Assembly: GCF_044704955.1 (NCBI RefSeq)
Contig: NC_092008.1
Location: 2,294,001 to 2,358,000, forward strand
DNA length: 64,000 bases
Source of the DNA: Pristiophorus japonicus
Taxonomy: Eukaryota
Direction of reading: 5' to 3'
The position numbers and the translations under genes are program-made. Each line of letters starts with the position of its first letter. The first letter of the stretch is position 1. This document shows, in pieces, positions 49,537 to 63,500 of the stretch. Below the pieces are notes generated by a model. The model ran no database searches and was not told where the DNA came from. It saw nothing but the letters and a program-made list of their open reading frames with translations.

Positions 49537-51400
49537 CAGGATGCAAGAAGAATGTTCCCGATGTTGGGAAAGGCCAGAACCAGGGGTCACAGTCTAAGGA
49601 TAAGGGGTAAGCCATTTAGGACCGAGATGAGGAGAAACTTCTTCACCCAGAGAGTGGTGAACCTGTGGAATTCTCTACCACAGAGAGTTGTTGAGGCCAG
49701 TTCGTTAGATATATTCAAAAGGGAGTTAGATGTGGCCCTTACGGCTAAAGGGATCAAGGGGTATGGAGGGAAAGCAGGAATGGGGTACTGAGGGAATGAT
49801 CAGCCATGATCATATTGAATGGTGATGCAGGCTCGAGGGGCCGAATGGCCCACTCCTGCACCTATTTTCAATGTTTCTATGTTTCTATGTCCTGGGGCTG
49901 GGATAATTGGCCTCCAACCACCACAATCATCTTCCTCTGTACTCGGTCTGACTCCAGCCACTGGAGAGATTTCCCCCCGAATCCCATTGAACATAAGAAA
50001 TAGGAGCAGGAGTCGGCCATTCGGCCCCTCGAGCCTGCTCCGCCATTTAATACAATCATGGCTGATCCGATCATGGACTCAGCTCCACTTCCCTGCCCGC
50101 CCCCCATAACCCTTCACAACCTTATCGCTCAAAAATCTGTCTATCTCCACCTTAAATATATCCAATGTCCCGGCCTCCACAGCTCTCTGGGGCAGAGAAT
50201 TCCACAGATTTACAACCCTCTGAGAGAAGAAATTCCTCCTCATCTCAGTTTTAAATGGGCGGCCCCTTATTCTAAGACCATGCCCCCTAGTTCTAGTCTC
50301 CCCCATCAGTGGGAACATCCTCTCTGCATCCACCTTGTCGAGCCCCCTCATAATCTTATACGTTTCGATAAGATCACCTCTCAATTCTTCTGAATTCCAA
50401 TGAGTAGAGGCCCAACCTACTCAACCTTTCCTCAAAAGTCAACCCCCTCATCCCCGGAATCAACCGAGTGAACCTTCTCTGAACTGCCTCCAAAGCAAGT
50501 ATATCCTTTCGTAAATACGGAGACCAGAACTGCACGCAGTACTCCAGGTGTGGCCTCACCAATGCCCTGTATAACTGTAGCAAGACTTCCCTGCTTTTAT
50601 ACTCCATCCCCTTTGCAATAAAGGCCGAGATACCATTGGCCTTCCTGATCACTTGCTGTACCTGCATACTAACCTTTTGTGTTTCATGCACAAGTAACCC
50701 CCAGGTCCCGCTGTACTGCGGCACTTTGCAATCTTTCTCCATTTAAATTGTAATTTGCGTTTCTATTTCTTCTGCCAAAGTGGATAACCTCACATTTTCC
50801 CACATTATACTCCATCTGCCAGATTTTTCCCACTCGCTTTAGCCTGTCTATATCCCGTTGCAGATTTTTTGTGTCCCCCTCACAATTTGCTTTCCCACAC
50901 AACTTCATATCGTCAGCAAGCTTGGCGACGTTACACTCAGTCCCTTCCTTTTCACCTTGAACGTCTAGATTTCCATTCCATTACTAAACCCTGATCCGCC
51001 CAGATTTCCGGGACAGGCTTTATACCAGCTTTAATTCCTTACAGTTGTGGAAAAACTCTTCTTACGCTGGTGAGGCTTTGAAATATTTTGTATTTTAAAT
51101 TCTCCTGGGTAACTTGCCACACCTTCCTGTCACTGACTCTCGAATACCTGAACGCTCTGTGCAGGAATCCATCGGATATACGGCCCAGAAACAGGCCATC
51201 CGTGCCGGTGTTTATACCCCACTCGAGCCCCCTCCCGTCTTTCCTCATCTAACTCTATCAGCATAACCCTCTATTCCCTTCTCCCCCATACGCTTGTCCA
51301 GCCTCCCCTTAAATGCATCGATACTATTCGCCTCGACCCCTCCCTGTGGCAGCGAGTTCCACATTCTCACCACACTCTGGCTAAACAGGTTTCTCCTGAT
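49537..51400. mobile_element. Cluster of CR1 fragments (49537-49890 +, 49990-50950 -, 51170-51400 -)
   Basis: CR1 ORF2 C-terminal motifs and 3' UTRs. Confidence 0.85.
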
Positions 51401-54400
51401 TGTGGTCTAACCCAGGTATATGGAGAACAGAACTGAGCACAGTGCTCCAAGTGTGGTCTAATCCAGGTATATGGAGACCAGAACTGTGCACAGTGCTCCA
51501 AGTGTGGTCTGACCCAGGTATATGGAGACCAGAACTGTGCACAGTGCTCCAAGTGTGGTCTGACCCAGGTATATGGAGACCAGAACTGTGCACAGTGCTC
51601 CAAGTGTGGTCTAACCCAGGTATATGGAGACCAGAACTGTGCACAGTGCTCCAAGTGTGGTCTAACCCAGGTATATGGAGACCAGAACTCTGCACAGTGC
51701 TCCAAGTGTGGTCTAACCCAGGTATATGGAGACCAGAACTGTGCACAGTGCTCCCAGTGTGGTCTAATCCAGGTATATGGAGACCAGAACTGTGCACAAT
51801 TCTCCAAGTATGGTCTAATCCAGGTATATGAAGGGTAGAACTGTGCACAGTGCTCCAAGTGTGGTTTAATCAAGGTATATGGAGACCAGAACCGTGCACA
51901 TTGCTCCAAGTCTGGTCTAACCCAGAGATATGGAGACCAGAACTGTGCACAGTGCTCCAAATATGGTCTAACCCAGGTATATGAAGACCAGAACTGTGCA
52001 CAGTGCTCAAAGTGCGGCCTAAACCAGGTATATGGAGACCAGAACTGTGCACATTGCTCCAAGTCTGGTCTAACCCAGGTATATAGAGACCAGAACTGTG
52101 CACAGTGCTCCAAGTGTGGTGTAACCCAGGTATATGGAGACCAGAACTGTGCACGGTGCTCCAAGTGTCGTCTAACCCTGGTATATGGAGATCAGAACGG
52201 TGCACAGGGCTCCTAGTGTGGTCTAACCCAGGTATATGGAGACCAGAATTGTGCACAGTGCTCCAAGTGTGGCCTAACCCAGGGATAGTGAGACCAGAAC
52301 TGTGCACAGTGCTCCAAGTGTGGTCTAACCCAGGTATATGGAGACCAGAACTGTCCACAGTGCTCCAGGTGTGGTCTAACCAAGGTAAATGGAGACCAGA
52401 ACTGTGCACAGTGCTCCAAGTGTGGTCTAACCCAGGTATATGGAGACCGGAACTGTGCACAGTGCTCCAAGTGTGGTCTAACCCAGGTATATGGAGACCA
52501 GAACTGTGCACAGCGCTCCAGGTGTGGTCCAACCAAGGTATATGGAGACCAGAATTGTGCACAGTGCTCCAAGTGTGGTCTAACCCAGGTATATGGAGAC
52601 CAGAACTGTGCACAGTGCTCCAAGTGTGGTCTAACCCAGGTATATGGAGACCAGAACTGTGCACATTGCTCCAAGTCTGGTCTAACCCAGGTATATGGAG
52701 ATCAGAACTGTGCACGGTGCCCTAAGTGTGGACTAACACAGGTATATGGAGACCAGAACTGTGCACGGTGCTCCAAGTGTGGTCTAACCCAGGTATATGG
52801 AGACCAGAACTGTGCACAATGCTCCAAGTGCGATCTAACACAGGTATATGGAGATCAGAATTGTGCACAGTGTTCCAAGTGTGCTCTAACCAAGGTATAT
52901 GGAGACCAGAACAGTGCACAGTGCTCCAAGTGTGGTCTAACCCAGGTATATGGAGTCCAGAACTGTGCACGTTGCTCCAAGTGTGGTCTAACCCAGGTAT
53001 ATGGAGACCAGAACTGTGCACAATGCTGCAAGTGTGATCTAATCCAGGTATATGGAGAAGAGAACTGTGCACATTTCTCCACGTGTGTTCTAATCCAGGT
53101 ATATGGAGACCAGAACTGTACCCAGTGCTTCAAGTGTGGTCTAACCCAGGTATATGGAGACCAGAACTGTGCACGGTGCTCCAAGTGTGGTCTAACCCAG
53201 GTATATGGAGACCAGAACTGTGCACAATGCTGCAAGTGTGGTCTAACCCAGGTATATGGAGACCAGAACTGTGCACGGTGCTCCAAGTGTGGTCTAACCC
53301 AGGTATATGGAGACCAGAACTGTGCACGGTGCTCCAACCGTGATCTAACCCAGGGATAGTGAGACCAGAACTGTGCACAGTGCTCCAAGTGTGGTCTAAC
53401 CCAGGTATATGGAGACCAGAACTGTCCACAGTGCTCCAGGTGTGGTCTAACCAAGGTAATTGGAGCCCAGAACTGTGCACAGTGCTCCAAGTGTGGTCTA
53501 ACCCAGGTATATGGAGACCAGAACTGTGCACAGTGCTCCAAGTGTGGTCTAACCCAGGTATATGGAGACCAGAACTGTCCACAGTGCTCCAGGTGTGGTC
53601 TAACCAAGGTAATTGGAGCCCAGAACTGTGCACAGTGCTCCAAGTGTGGTCTAACCCAGGTATATGGAGACCAGAACTGTGCACAGTGCTCCAAGTGTGG
53701 TCTAACCCAGGTATATGGAGACCAGAACGGTGCACAGTGCTCCAAGTGTGGTCTAACCCAGGTATATGGAGATCAGAACTGTGCACGGTGCCCTACGTGT
53801 GGTTTAACCCAGGTATATGGAGACCAGAACTGTGCACGGTGCTCCAAGTGTGGTCTAACCCAGGTACATGGAGATCAGAACTGTGCACGGTGTTCCATGT
53901 GTGGTCTAACCCAGGTATATGGAGACCAGAACTGTGCACAATGCTGCAAGTGTGATCTAATCCAGGTATATTTAGAAGAGAACTGTGCACATTTCTCCAA
54001 GTGTGTTCTAATCCAGGTATATAGAGACCAGAATTGTGCTCAGTGCTCCAAGTGTGGTCTAATCCAGGTAACTGGAGACCAGAACTGTGCACAGTGCTCC
54101 AAGTGTGGTCTAACCAAGGTATATGGAGACCAGAACTGTGCACGGTGCTCCAAGTGTGGTCTAACCCAGGTATATGGAGACCAGAACTGTGCACAATGCT
54201 GCAAGTGTGATCTAATCCAGGTATATTTAGAAGAGAACTGTGCACATTTCTCCAAGTGTGTTCTAATCCAGGTATATAGAGACCAGAATTGTGCTCAGTG
54301 CTCCAAGTGTGGTCTAACCCAGGTATATGGAGACCAGAACTGTGCACAATGCTGCAAGTGTGATCTAATCCAGGTATATTTAGAAGAGAACTGTGCACAT

Positions 54401-54830
54401 TTCTCCAAGTGTGTTCTAATCCAGGTATATGGAGACCAGAACTGTGCACAGTGCTCCAAGTGTGGTCTAACCAAGGTATATGGAGACCAGAACTGTGCAA
54501 AGTTCCCCAAGTGTGGTCTAATCCAGGTATATGGAGACCAGAACTGTGCACATTGTCCAAGTGTGGTCTAATCCAGGTATATGGAGACCAGAATTGTGCA
54601 CGGTGCTCCAAGTGTGGTTTAACCCAGGTATATGGAGACCAGAACTGTGCACGGTGTTCCAAGTGTGGTCTAACCCAGGTATATGGAGACCAGAACTGTG
54701 CACGGTGTTCCAAGTGTGGTCTAACCCAGGTATATGGAGACCAGAACTGTGCACGGTGTTCCAAGTGTGGTCTAATCCAGATATATGAAGACCAGAACTG
54801 TGCACGTTGCTCCAACTGTGGTCTAACCCA
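51401..54830 (-). repeat. 51-bp satellite derived from CR1 ORF2 ([15 protein letters not shown])
   Basis: Unit translates WVRPHLEHCAQFWSPYT. Confidence 0.93.
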
Positions 54831-57800
54831 CTTGAGGTGTCTCCTGTACTTTCCTTTTTCTCTGGTTTCCCGCCTCTCGCGGTTATCTCATCCCAGGTAA
54901 CGGCTCGATCGCTGACCACTTTACATCGGATCTATCTCTGATCAGTTCACATTGCTTAGCAATGGACTTTCCATCTTTGCCCATTACCTGAGATGTGTTG
55001 CCTTCTCCTGGCCATTGTAACGTGTCCTGTACCATTCCCTCCCATCAGATGTGGATTTTTCGGTGTACAACATGGAAAAATACTCGGCCCCCTCCCACAA
55101 TAGGCTCCCAGCTCTTTCGGCGGTGAGAAATATTAAACGCAACGTCCAGATAATGTCCGTCAATCCTTGGTGAGCCGATGTGTACACCCACTTCTTTCAA
55201 CACATGCTATCTAAACCAGCATTCTAAACGAGCTTATCGTAGTAACACCAAACAACTGGTTGGAGTGGAGACAGTAATCATAGAAAAAACAAATTACGAC
55301 GGTACTAAGGAGTCACATGGAATGATAACAGAAGACAAAGAAGGATTGAGACACCACAGTCAAGGATGAGATAGCCACAGAAGACAAATAGGTGTGGGAA
55401 GGAATTCACAGAAATGATGTAGCACATAACTAATCAGATAAGAGGCTCACAGAAGTGAAATAATGAAACTGTATGTACCAATGAAATTGTTGTAACTGGG
55501 CGAGGACTTGTGAGGCATTAGGGGAAGCAACCAATGGTAACGCTTCTTTGTGTATGATTCATGATTTTGTATGTATTTTGAATGTATAAAAATAGGAGCC
55601 CCGAAGCTGCTCGGAGAGACGGGCTGGGGGTGTTGGCCTGGTCGAGGACGCTAACGTTGGTGCGTCTGTCCTCCCAGGGGATTTGTAGGATCTTGCGAAG
55701 ACATCGTTGGTGGTATTTCTCCAGCGATTTGAGGTGTCTGCTGTACACGGTCCCTGTCTTGTCCACAGCAGCCTCTGTCCCTCAATGGGACACAGCACGA
55801 AATGGCACTTGGTGACCGATTGCTGGAATCTCTAACTCCTTGTCCCCCGGGGAGAGAATAAGAACACAAGAAATAGGAGCAGGAGTCGGCTATTCGGTCC
55901 CTCGAGCCTGCTCTGCCATTCAATAAGATCATCGCTGATCTGATCTTGGGTTCAGCTCCACTTCCCCGCCCGTTCCCCATAACCCTTCACTCCCTTATCG
56001 TTCAAGTCAGTTTAGACAATAAACCTAATTAAAAGACACTCCCGTGCTTTAATTCGTTGATAACAAGTATATGGAGACCAGAATTGTGCACGATGCTCCA
56101 AGTGTGGTCTAACCCAGGTATATGGAGACCAGAACTGTGCACAGTGCTCCAAGTGTGGTCCAACCCAGGTATATGGAGACCAGAACTGTGCACGGTGCTC
56201 CAAGTGTGGTCTAATGAAGGTTCAATACAGGCGCCAAACAAGCGGGCTACTTTGTCCTGGATGGTGTTGAGCTTCTCAGTGTTGTTGGAGTTGCAACTCA
56301 TCCAGGCAAGTGGAGAGTGTGGGATCTGTGGGTCCTTGTGCATGAAACACAAGAAGTTAGTTTGCAGGTAATCAGGAAGGCCAATGGAATGTTGGCCTTT
56401 AATGCAGAGAATAAAAAGCAGAGAAGTCCCGCTACAAATATACAGGGTATTGGTGAGGCCACACCTGGAGTACTGCGTGCAGTTTTGGTTTCCATATTTA
56501 CGAAAGGATATACTTGCATTGGAGGCAGTTCAGAGAAGGTTCACTCGGCTGATTCTGGAGATGAGGGGGTTGTCTTATGAGGAAAGGTTGAGCAGGTTGG
56601 GCCTGTACTCATTGGAGTTTAGAAGAATGAGAGGTGATCTTATCGAAACGTATCAGATTCTGAGGGGGCTGGACAGGGTGGATGCAGAGAGGATGTTTCC
56701 CCCTCGTGGGGGAATCTAGAACTAGGGGGCATAGTCTCAGAATAAGGGGTCGCCCATTTAAGACGGAGATGAGGAGGAATTTCTTCTGGTGAATCTGTGG
56801 AATTCTCTGCCCCAGAGAGCTGTGGGGGCTGGGTCACTGAATATATTTAAGGTGGAGATAGACAGATTTTTGAGCGATAAGGGAGTGAAGGGTTATGGGG
56901 AACGGGCGGAGAAGTGGAGCTGAACCCAAGATCAGATCAGCGATGATCTTATTGAATGGCAGAGCAGGCTCGAGGAGCCGAATGGCCGACTCCTGCTCCT
57001 ATTTCTTGTGTTCTTATTCTCTCCCAGGGGGGCAAGGAGTTAGAGATTCTAGCAATCGGTCACCAAGTGCCATTTCACGCCATGTCCCATTGAGGGACAG
57101 AGGCTGCTGTGGACAAGACAGGGACCATGTACAGCAGACACCTCAAATCGCTGGAGAAATACTACCAACGATGTCTCCGCAAGATCCTACAAATCCCCTG
57201 GGAGGACAGACGCACCAACGTTAGCGTCCTCGACCAGGCCAACACCCCCAGCCGTTCTCTCCGAGCAGCTTCGGGGCTCCTATTTTTATACATTCAAAAT
57301 ACATACAAAATCATGAATCATACGCAAAGAAGCGTTACCATTGGTTGCTTCCCCTAAAGCCTCACAAGTCCTCGCCCAGTTACAACAATTTCATTGGTAC
57401 ATACAGTTTCATTATTTCACTTCCGTGCGCCTCTTATCTGATTAGTTATGTGCTACATCATTTCTGTGAATTCCTTCCCACACCTATTTGTCTTCTGTGG
57501 CTATCTCGTCCTTGACTAGGTTTGACAGAAAAAACTGTGGTGTCTCAATCCTTCTTTGTCTTCTGTTATCATTCCATGTGACTCCTTAGTACCGTCGTAA
57601 TTTGTTTTTTCTATGATTACTGTCTCCACTCCAACCAGTTGTTTGGTGTTACTACGATAAGCTCGTTTAGAATGCTGGTTTAGATAGGATGTGTTGAAAG
57701 AAGTGGGTGTACACATCGGCTCACCAAGGATTGACGGACATTATCTGGACGTTGTGTTTAATATTTCTCACCGCCGAAAGAGCTGGTAGCCTATTGTGGG

Positions 57801-58075
57801 AGGGGGCCGAGTATTTTTCCATGTTGTACACCGAAAAATCCACATCTGATGGGAGGGAATGGTACAGGACACGTTACAATGGCCAGGAGAAGGCAACACA
57901 TCTCAGGTAACAGGCAAAGATGGAAAGTCCATTGTTAAGCAATGTGAACTGGTCAGAGATAGATCCGATGTAAAGTGGTCAGCGATCGAGCCGTTACCTG
58001 GGATGAGATAACCGCGAGAGGCGGGAAACCAGAGAAAAAGGAAAGTACAGGAGACACCTCAAGTGGGTTAGACCA
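54821..58075. repeat. Inverted duplication: arms ~54821-56004 and ~56870-58075, spacer ~0.87 kb
   Basis: Mirror ORFs (54984-55187 - vs 57707-57910 +; 55518-55766 - vs 57109-57357 +) are nearly identical. Confidence 0.93.
56330..57015 (+). mobile_element. CR1 3' fragment spanning the spacer/right-arm junction
   Basis: [13 protein letters not shown]...[10 protein letters not shown] + 3' UTR. Confidence 0.88.
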
Positions 58076-59657
58076 CACTTGGAGCACTGTGCACACTTCT
58101 GGTCTTCATATACCTTGGTTAGACCACACTTGGAGCACTGTGCACCGTTCTGGTCTCCATATATCTGGGTTAGACCACACTTGGAGCACTGTGCACCGTT
58201 CTGGTCTCCATATATCTGGGTTAGACCACACTTGGAGCACCGTGCACAGTTCTGGTCTCCATATACCTGGGTTAGGCCACACTTGGAGCACTGTGCACCG
58301 TTCTTGTCTCCATATACCTGGGTTAGACCACACTTGGAGCACCGTGCACAGTTCTGGTCTCCATATACCTGGGTTAGACCACACTTGGAGCACTGTGCAC
58401 AGTTCTGATCTCCATTTACCTGGATTAGACCACACTTGAAGCACCGTGCACAGTTCTGGTCTCCATATACCTGGATTAGAACACACTTGGAGAAATGTGC
58501 ACAGTTCTGGTCTCCATATACCTGGGTTAGACCACACTTAGGGCACCGTGCACAGTTCTGATCTCCATATACCTAGGTTAGACCAGACTTGGAGCAATGT
58601 GGACAGTTCTGGTCTCCATATATCTGGGTTAGACCACACTTGGAGCACCGTGCACAGTTCTGGTCTCCATATACCTGGGTTAGACCACACTTGGAGCACT
58701 GTGCACCGTTCTGGTCTCCATATATCTGGGCTAGATCACACTTGGAGCACCGTGCACAGGTCTTGTCTCCATATACCTGGGTTAGACCACACTTGGAGCA
58801 CTGTGCACAGTTCTGGTCTCCATATACCTGGGTTACACCACACTTGGAGCACTGTGCACAGTTCTGGTCTCCATATACCTGGGTTAGACCACAGTTGGAG
58901 CACTGTGCACAGTTCTGGTCTCCATATACCTGGGTTAGACCACACTTGGAGCACCGTGCACAGTTCTGGTCTCCATATACCTGGGTTAGACCACACTTGG
59001 AGCACTGTGCACAGTTCTGGTCTCCATATACCTGGGTTAGACCACACTTGGAGCACCGTGCACAGTTCTGGTCTCCATATACCTGGGTTAGACCACACTT
59101 GGAGCACTGTGCACCGTTCTGGTCTCCATATACCTGGGTTAGACCACACTTGGAGCACCGTGCACAGTTCTGGTCTCCATATACCTGGGTTAGACCACAC
59201 TTGGAGCACCGTGCACAATTCTGGTCTCCATTTACCTGGATTAGACCACACTTGGAGCACTGTGCACAGTTCTGGTCTCTATATACCTGGGTTAGAGCAC
59301 ACTTGGAGCACTGTGCACTGTTCTGGTCTCCATATACCTGGGTTAGACCACACTTGGAGCACCGTGCACAGTTCTGGTCTCCATATACCTGGGTTAGAGC
59401 ACACTTGGAGCACTGTGCACTGTTTTGGTCTCCATATACCTGGGTTAGAGCACACTTGGAGCACTGTGCACTGTTCTGGTCTCCATATACCTGGGTTAGA
59501 GCACACTTGGAGCACTGTGCACAGTTCTGGTCTCCATATACCTGGGTTAGACCACATTGGGGGCACCGTGCACTGTTCTGGTCTCCATATACCTGGGTTA
59601 GACCACATTGGGGGCACCGTGCACAGTTCTGGTCTCCATATACCTGGGTTAGACCAT
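58063..59657 (+). repeat. 51-bp CR1-derived satellite, opposite orientation
   Basis: Same unit on +. Confidence 0.93.
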
Positions 59658-60576
59658 TGCTTTAAGGTCAGTTTAATTTTGGGGAGGCCACCAGTAAATG
59701 TGGGGATAGCGAGGGGCACCAGTAAATGGGGGGATAGGGAGGTGCACCAGTGAATGGGGCCAACATTCAATGATGTTTGTGAGTGAAAGAAGGTGAGAAT
59801 GTTTTTATGGGTTTAAAATAGAATTCAGGTGTTTCCCCTGCTGGCAAAGTTGTTCGATGCTGGGCCCCGCAGACTAGGAAGGTTGTAGGTACTATACCTG
59901 GTCTGTGTTGAGTTTGCTGATCGCGAGTCAGGATAGCAGTAATTGCGCTAAGCTACAGAAGAGTGGTCGGACACTAAACCATCGGTGGCCTGGTACAGAC
60001 CAGGGTTTGACGTATTTGTCCACCAAACCATTAGCCAATCGGGACAGACCAGGGGTCAGTGCCTCTGCCCAGTGAATCCACAACGCTTCACCCAGAAACC
60101 CCCAAAACAGGCTGACCGAACCGTGTTCAAGCTGGCTCTGGGTACAGCCACAGGTCTGCGCATCAGCCTCATAACCCAGTAACTTTCAAACAAAACTGCT
60201 TTGCAGGCTGGAACTTGCCTGTGATTTCGGAGCCCGGGAGAGGCGAGAGTTCGGGGGGACCCAGGGGCAGCACGGGGCCCAGCGCCCACACTGTGTGCGA
60301 TATGTGGGCGCACACTGGGTCCGTGCAGCAGAGCTGGTCTCCAGTCGTCCTGGTTCAACCCTTGCCCCTGGACCCAGACCTCGCTCTGTCAAGCCCCGTG
60401 TGGTGGCTGGTGTGCAACGGTCACCCCACGTTAAAAAAAATCCACCCACAGGCATCTTCCCGCCCTTCAGGATTTAGTTCGGGATCTGGAATATTAGCTC
60501 CTTCATTGAAACACCTGTGAACTCGTCCCTTTTTGGCGTTGGAAGCGAGTCATCCTCGTTTCCAGGGACCGCCTGT

Positions 60577-61765
60577 GATAGAAACATAGAAACATAGAAA
60601 TTTACAGTGCAGGAGGAGGCCATTCCGGCCCATCGTGTCCGTGCCGGCCGACAAAGAGCCGCACGGCCCTCGGTCAGCAGCCCTGAAGGTTACATATAAA
60701 CTTATGAACAATGACGGAAAGGCAAAGAGCACCCAGCCCAACCAGTCCGCCTCACACAACTGCGACACCCCTTACACTGAAACATTCTACACTCCACCCC
60801 AACCGGAGCCACGTGATCTCCTGGGAGAGGCAAAAAACCGGATAAAAACCCAGGCCAATTTAGGGAGAGAAAAATCTGGGAAAATTCCTCTCCGACCCAT
60901 CCAGGCGATCGACACTAGACCAGGAGATCCCCCTGGCCGTATTCGATTCCCTGCAGTACTTACCATTATATCTGCTCCGTCCAACAAAAGGTTATCCAGT
61001 CTAATCCCAATGACCAGCTCTAGGTCCGTAACCCTGCAGGTTACTGCACTTTAAGTGCCCATCCAACCATCTCTTAAAAATGTTGAGGGTTTCTGCATCC
61101 AGCACTCTTCCAGGCAGCGAGTTCCAGATCCCCACAACCCTCTGCATAAAGAACTCATCCCTTTTTGGCATGGAAGCAAGTCTTCCTCGTTTCATAGAAA
61201 CATGGAAACATAGAAAATAGGTGCAGGAGCAGGTCATTCGTCCCTTCGAGCCTGCACCACCATTCAATGAGTTCATGGCTGATCATTCCCTCAGTACCCC
61301 ATTCCTGCTTTCTCTCCATACCCCTTGATCCCTTTAGCCGTAAGGGCCACATCTAACTCCCTTTTGAATATATCTAATGAACTGGCCTCAACAACTTTCT
61401 GTGGTAGAGAATTCCACAGGTTCACCACTCTCTGGGTGAAGAAGTTTCTCCTCATCTCGGTCCTAAATGGCTTACCCCTTATCCTTAGACTGTGACCCCT
61501 GGTTCTGGACTTCCCCAACATCGGGAACATTCTTCCTGCATCTAACCTGACCAGTCCCGTCAGAATTTTATATGTTTCTATGTTTCTAAATTCAAATGAA
61601 TATAAGCCTAGTCGATCCAGTCTCTCCTCATATGTCAGTCCTGCCATCCCGGGAATCAGTCTGGTGAACCTTCGCTGCACTCCCTCAATAGCAAGAACAT
61701 CCTTCCTCAGATTAGGAGACCAAAACTGAACACAATATTCCAGGTGAGGCCTCACCAAGGCCCTG
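60577..61765 (-). mobile_element. Two CR1 3' fragments
   Basis: ORFs 61001-61276 and 61291-61758; (gaaacata)n tails. Confidence 0.82.
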
Positions 61766-61959
61766 TGTACTAGGACATTTGCCAGATGTTATCTTCTTGA
61801 CAGTTTCTACGAACTCAGCCACAAACCTTTTCGCAATACTAATGATTTTTAACCCCTCCAGTTCTTATGCTCTCCCCGGGGCAAAGGGGTTGGAGGTTCG
61901 AGCAATGGGTCACCAAGTGCCATTTTGGGCGGTTTGCCATTGAGGGACAGCGGCTGCTG

Positions 61960-63500
61960 TGGACGAGACAGGGACCATGTACAGCAGACGCCTCAAGTCG
62001 CTGGAGAAATACCACCGACGCTGTCTCCGCAAGATCCTGCAAATCCCCCGGGAGGACAGACGCGCCAACGTTAGCGTCCTCGACCAGGCCCAACATCCCC
62101 AGCATCGAAGCACTGACCACACACTCGACCAGCTCCGCTGGGCAGGGCCACATTGTCCGCATGTCCCCCCAGACACGAGACTCCCCAAAGCAAGCGCTCT
62201 ACCCGGAACTCCTTCACGTCTGTATTGTGTGGGGTTAATCACACACTGTTAATTATGATATTTACAGTGTGTCTCTGTCCCATGCCCCGTGGAATGTTGT
62301 TGCTATAGAGAGAGAGAGAGAAAGCGACCTTGGGACCCACACCAGTTTGTTATGAGACGGTCTGTGCCTCGAGATCTCATGCTTTGTGCCCGAGCAGCTG
62401 GAGCCTTACAGATTAGGAGTTGGCCGTAAGCCACATGCACCCATGTTTTGTTCAATAGTATGTTTGTTTGATAGTATAAAGGTACAGCACTGTCCTGTAG
62501 CTCTTCGAACTTCACCTTGGACCGTGATTGGTGAGCGGTGCTGGGACCCCCAATGCTCCAGATCAGCCCTCGCTGCGGAGTTCTCGACAGGCTAACGGCC
62601 GTGAGCTTTGTTGCATCTTATCATACTTCTCTTTTCTTCGTAAACTGTATTACTAATGTTTCTTTTCTCTCAGTAACCGGTGTCTTATTCTTTACTTCAT
62701 TTGTCTCGTCTCTTATTTAACATTCATCCAGATCCCGAACCTGGGTCTGTTATTACCGATCCAAAACAACGGCAAACGAGCCAAAGGTGGGCAGAGGAAA
62801 CGTTACAAGGGACCACCCTCAAAGCCTCCCCTGATAAAGTGCAACATCCCCACCGACACCTGGGAGTCCCTGGGCCCAAAGACCAGTCCCGCCCTAAGTG
62901 GAGGAAGTACATCCGGGAGGGCGCTGAGCACCTCGAGTCTCGTCGCCGAGAGCGTGCAGAAAGCAAGCGCAGGCAGCGGAAGGAGCGTGCGGCAAACCAG
63001 TCCCACCCTCCCCTTCCCTCAACCACTGTCTGTCCCACCTGTGACAGGGACTGTGGCTCCCGTATTGGGCTGTTCAGCCACCTAAGGGCTCATGGTTAGA
63101 GTGGAAGCAAGTCTTCCTCGATTCCGAGGGACAGCCTCATCATCATAGGCACTTTATCAGGGAGGCTTTGAGGGTGGGTCCCTTGTACCGTTTCCTCTGC
63201 CCACCTTTGGCTCGTTTGCCCGCGAAGGAGTTCCGAGTAGAGCGCTTGGCTTTGGGAGTCTCGTGTCGGGGGGGACATGCGGACAATGTGGCCCTGCCCA
63301 GCGGAGCTGGTCGAGTGTGGCCAGTGCTTCGATGCTGGGGATGTTGGGCCTGGTCGAGGACGCCAACGTTGGTGCGTCTGTCCTCCCGGGGGATTTGCAG
63401 GATCTTGCGGAGACAGCGTTGGTGGTATTCCTCCAGCGACTTGAGATGTCTACTGTACATGGTCCATGTCTCTGAGCCATACAGGAGGGCGGGTATCACC
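61960..63500. mobile_element. RTE LINE fragments: + copy 61960-63145 (split by the solo LTR) and - copy 63145-63500; another - piece at 63925-64000
   Basis: [21 protein letters not shown] motifs and zinc finger. Confidence 0.85.
62221..62768 (+). mobile_element. Solo LTR (548 bp) inserted in an RTE LINE
   Basis: Termini TGTATTG...CAAAACA, TATAAA ~62475, 5-bp TSD ACGTC/ACGGC; RTE sequence is continuous across it. Confidence 0.8.
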
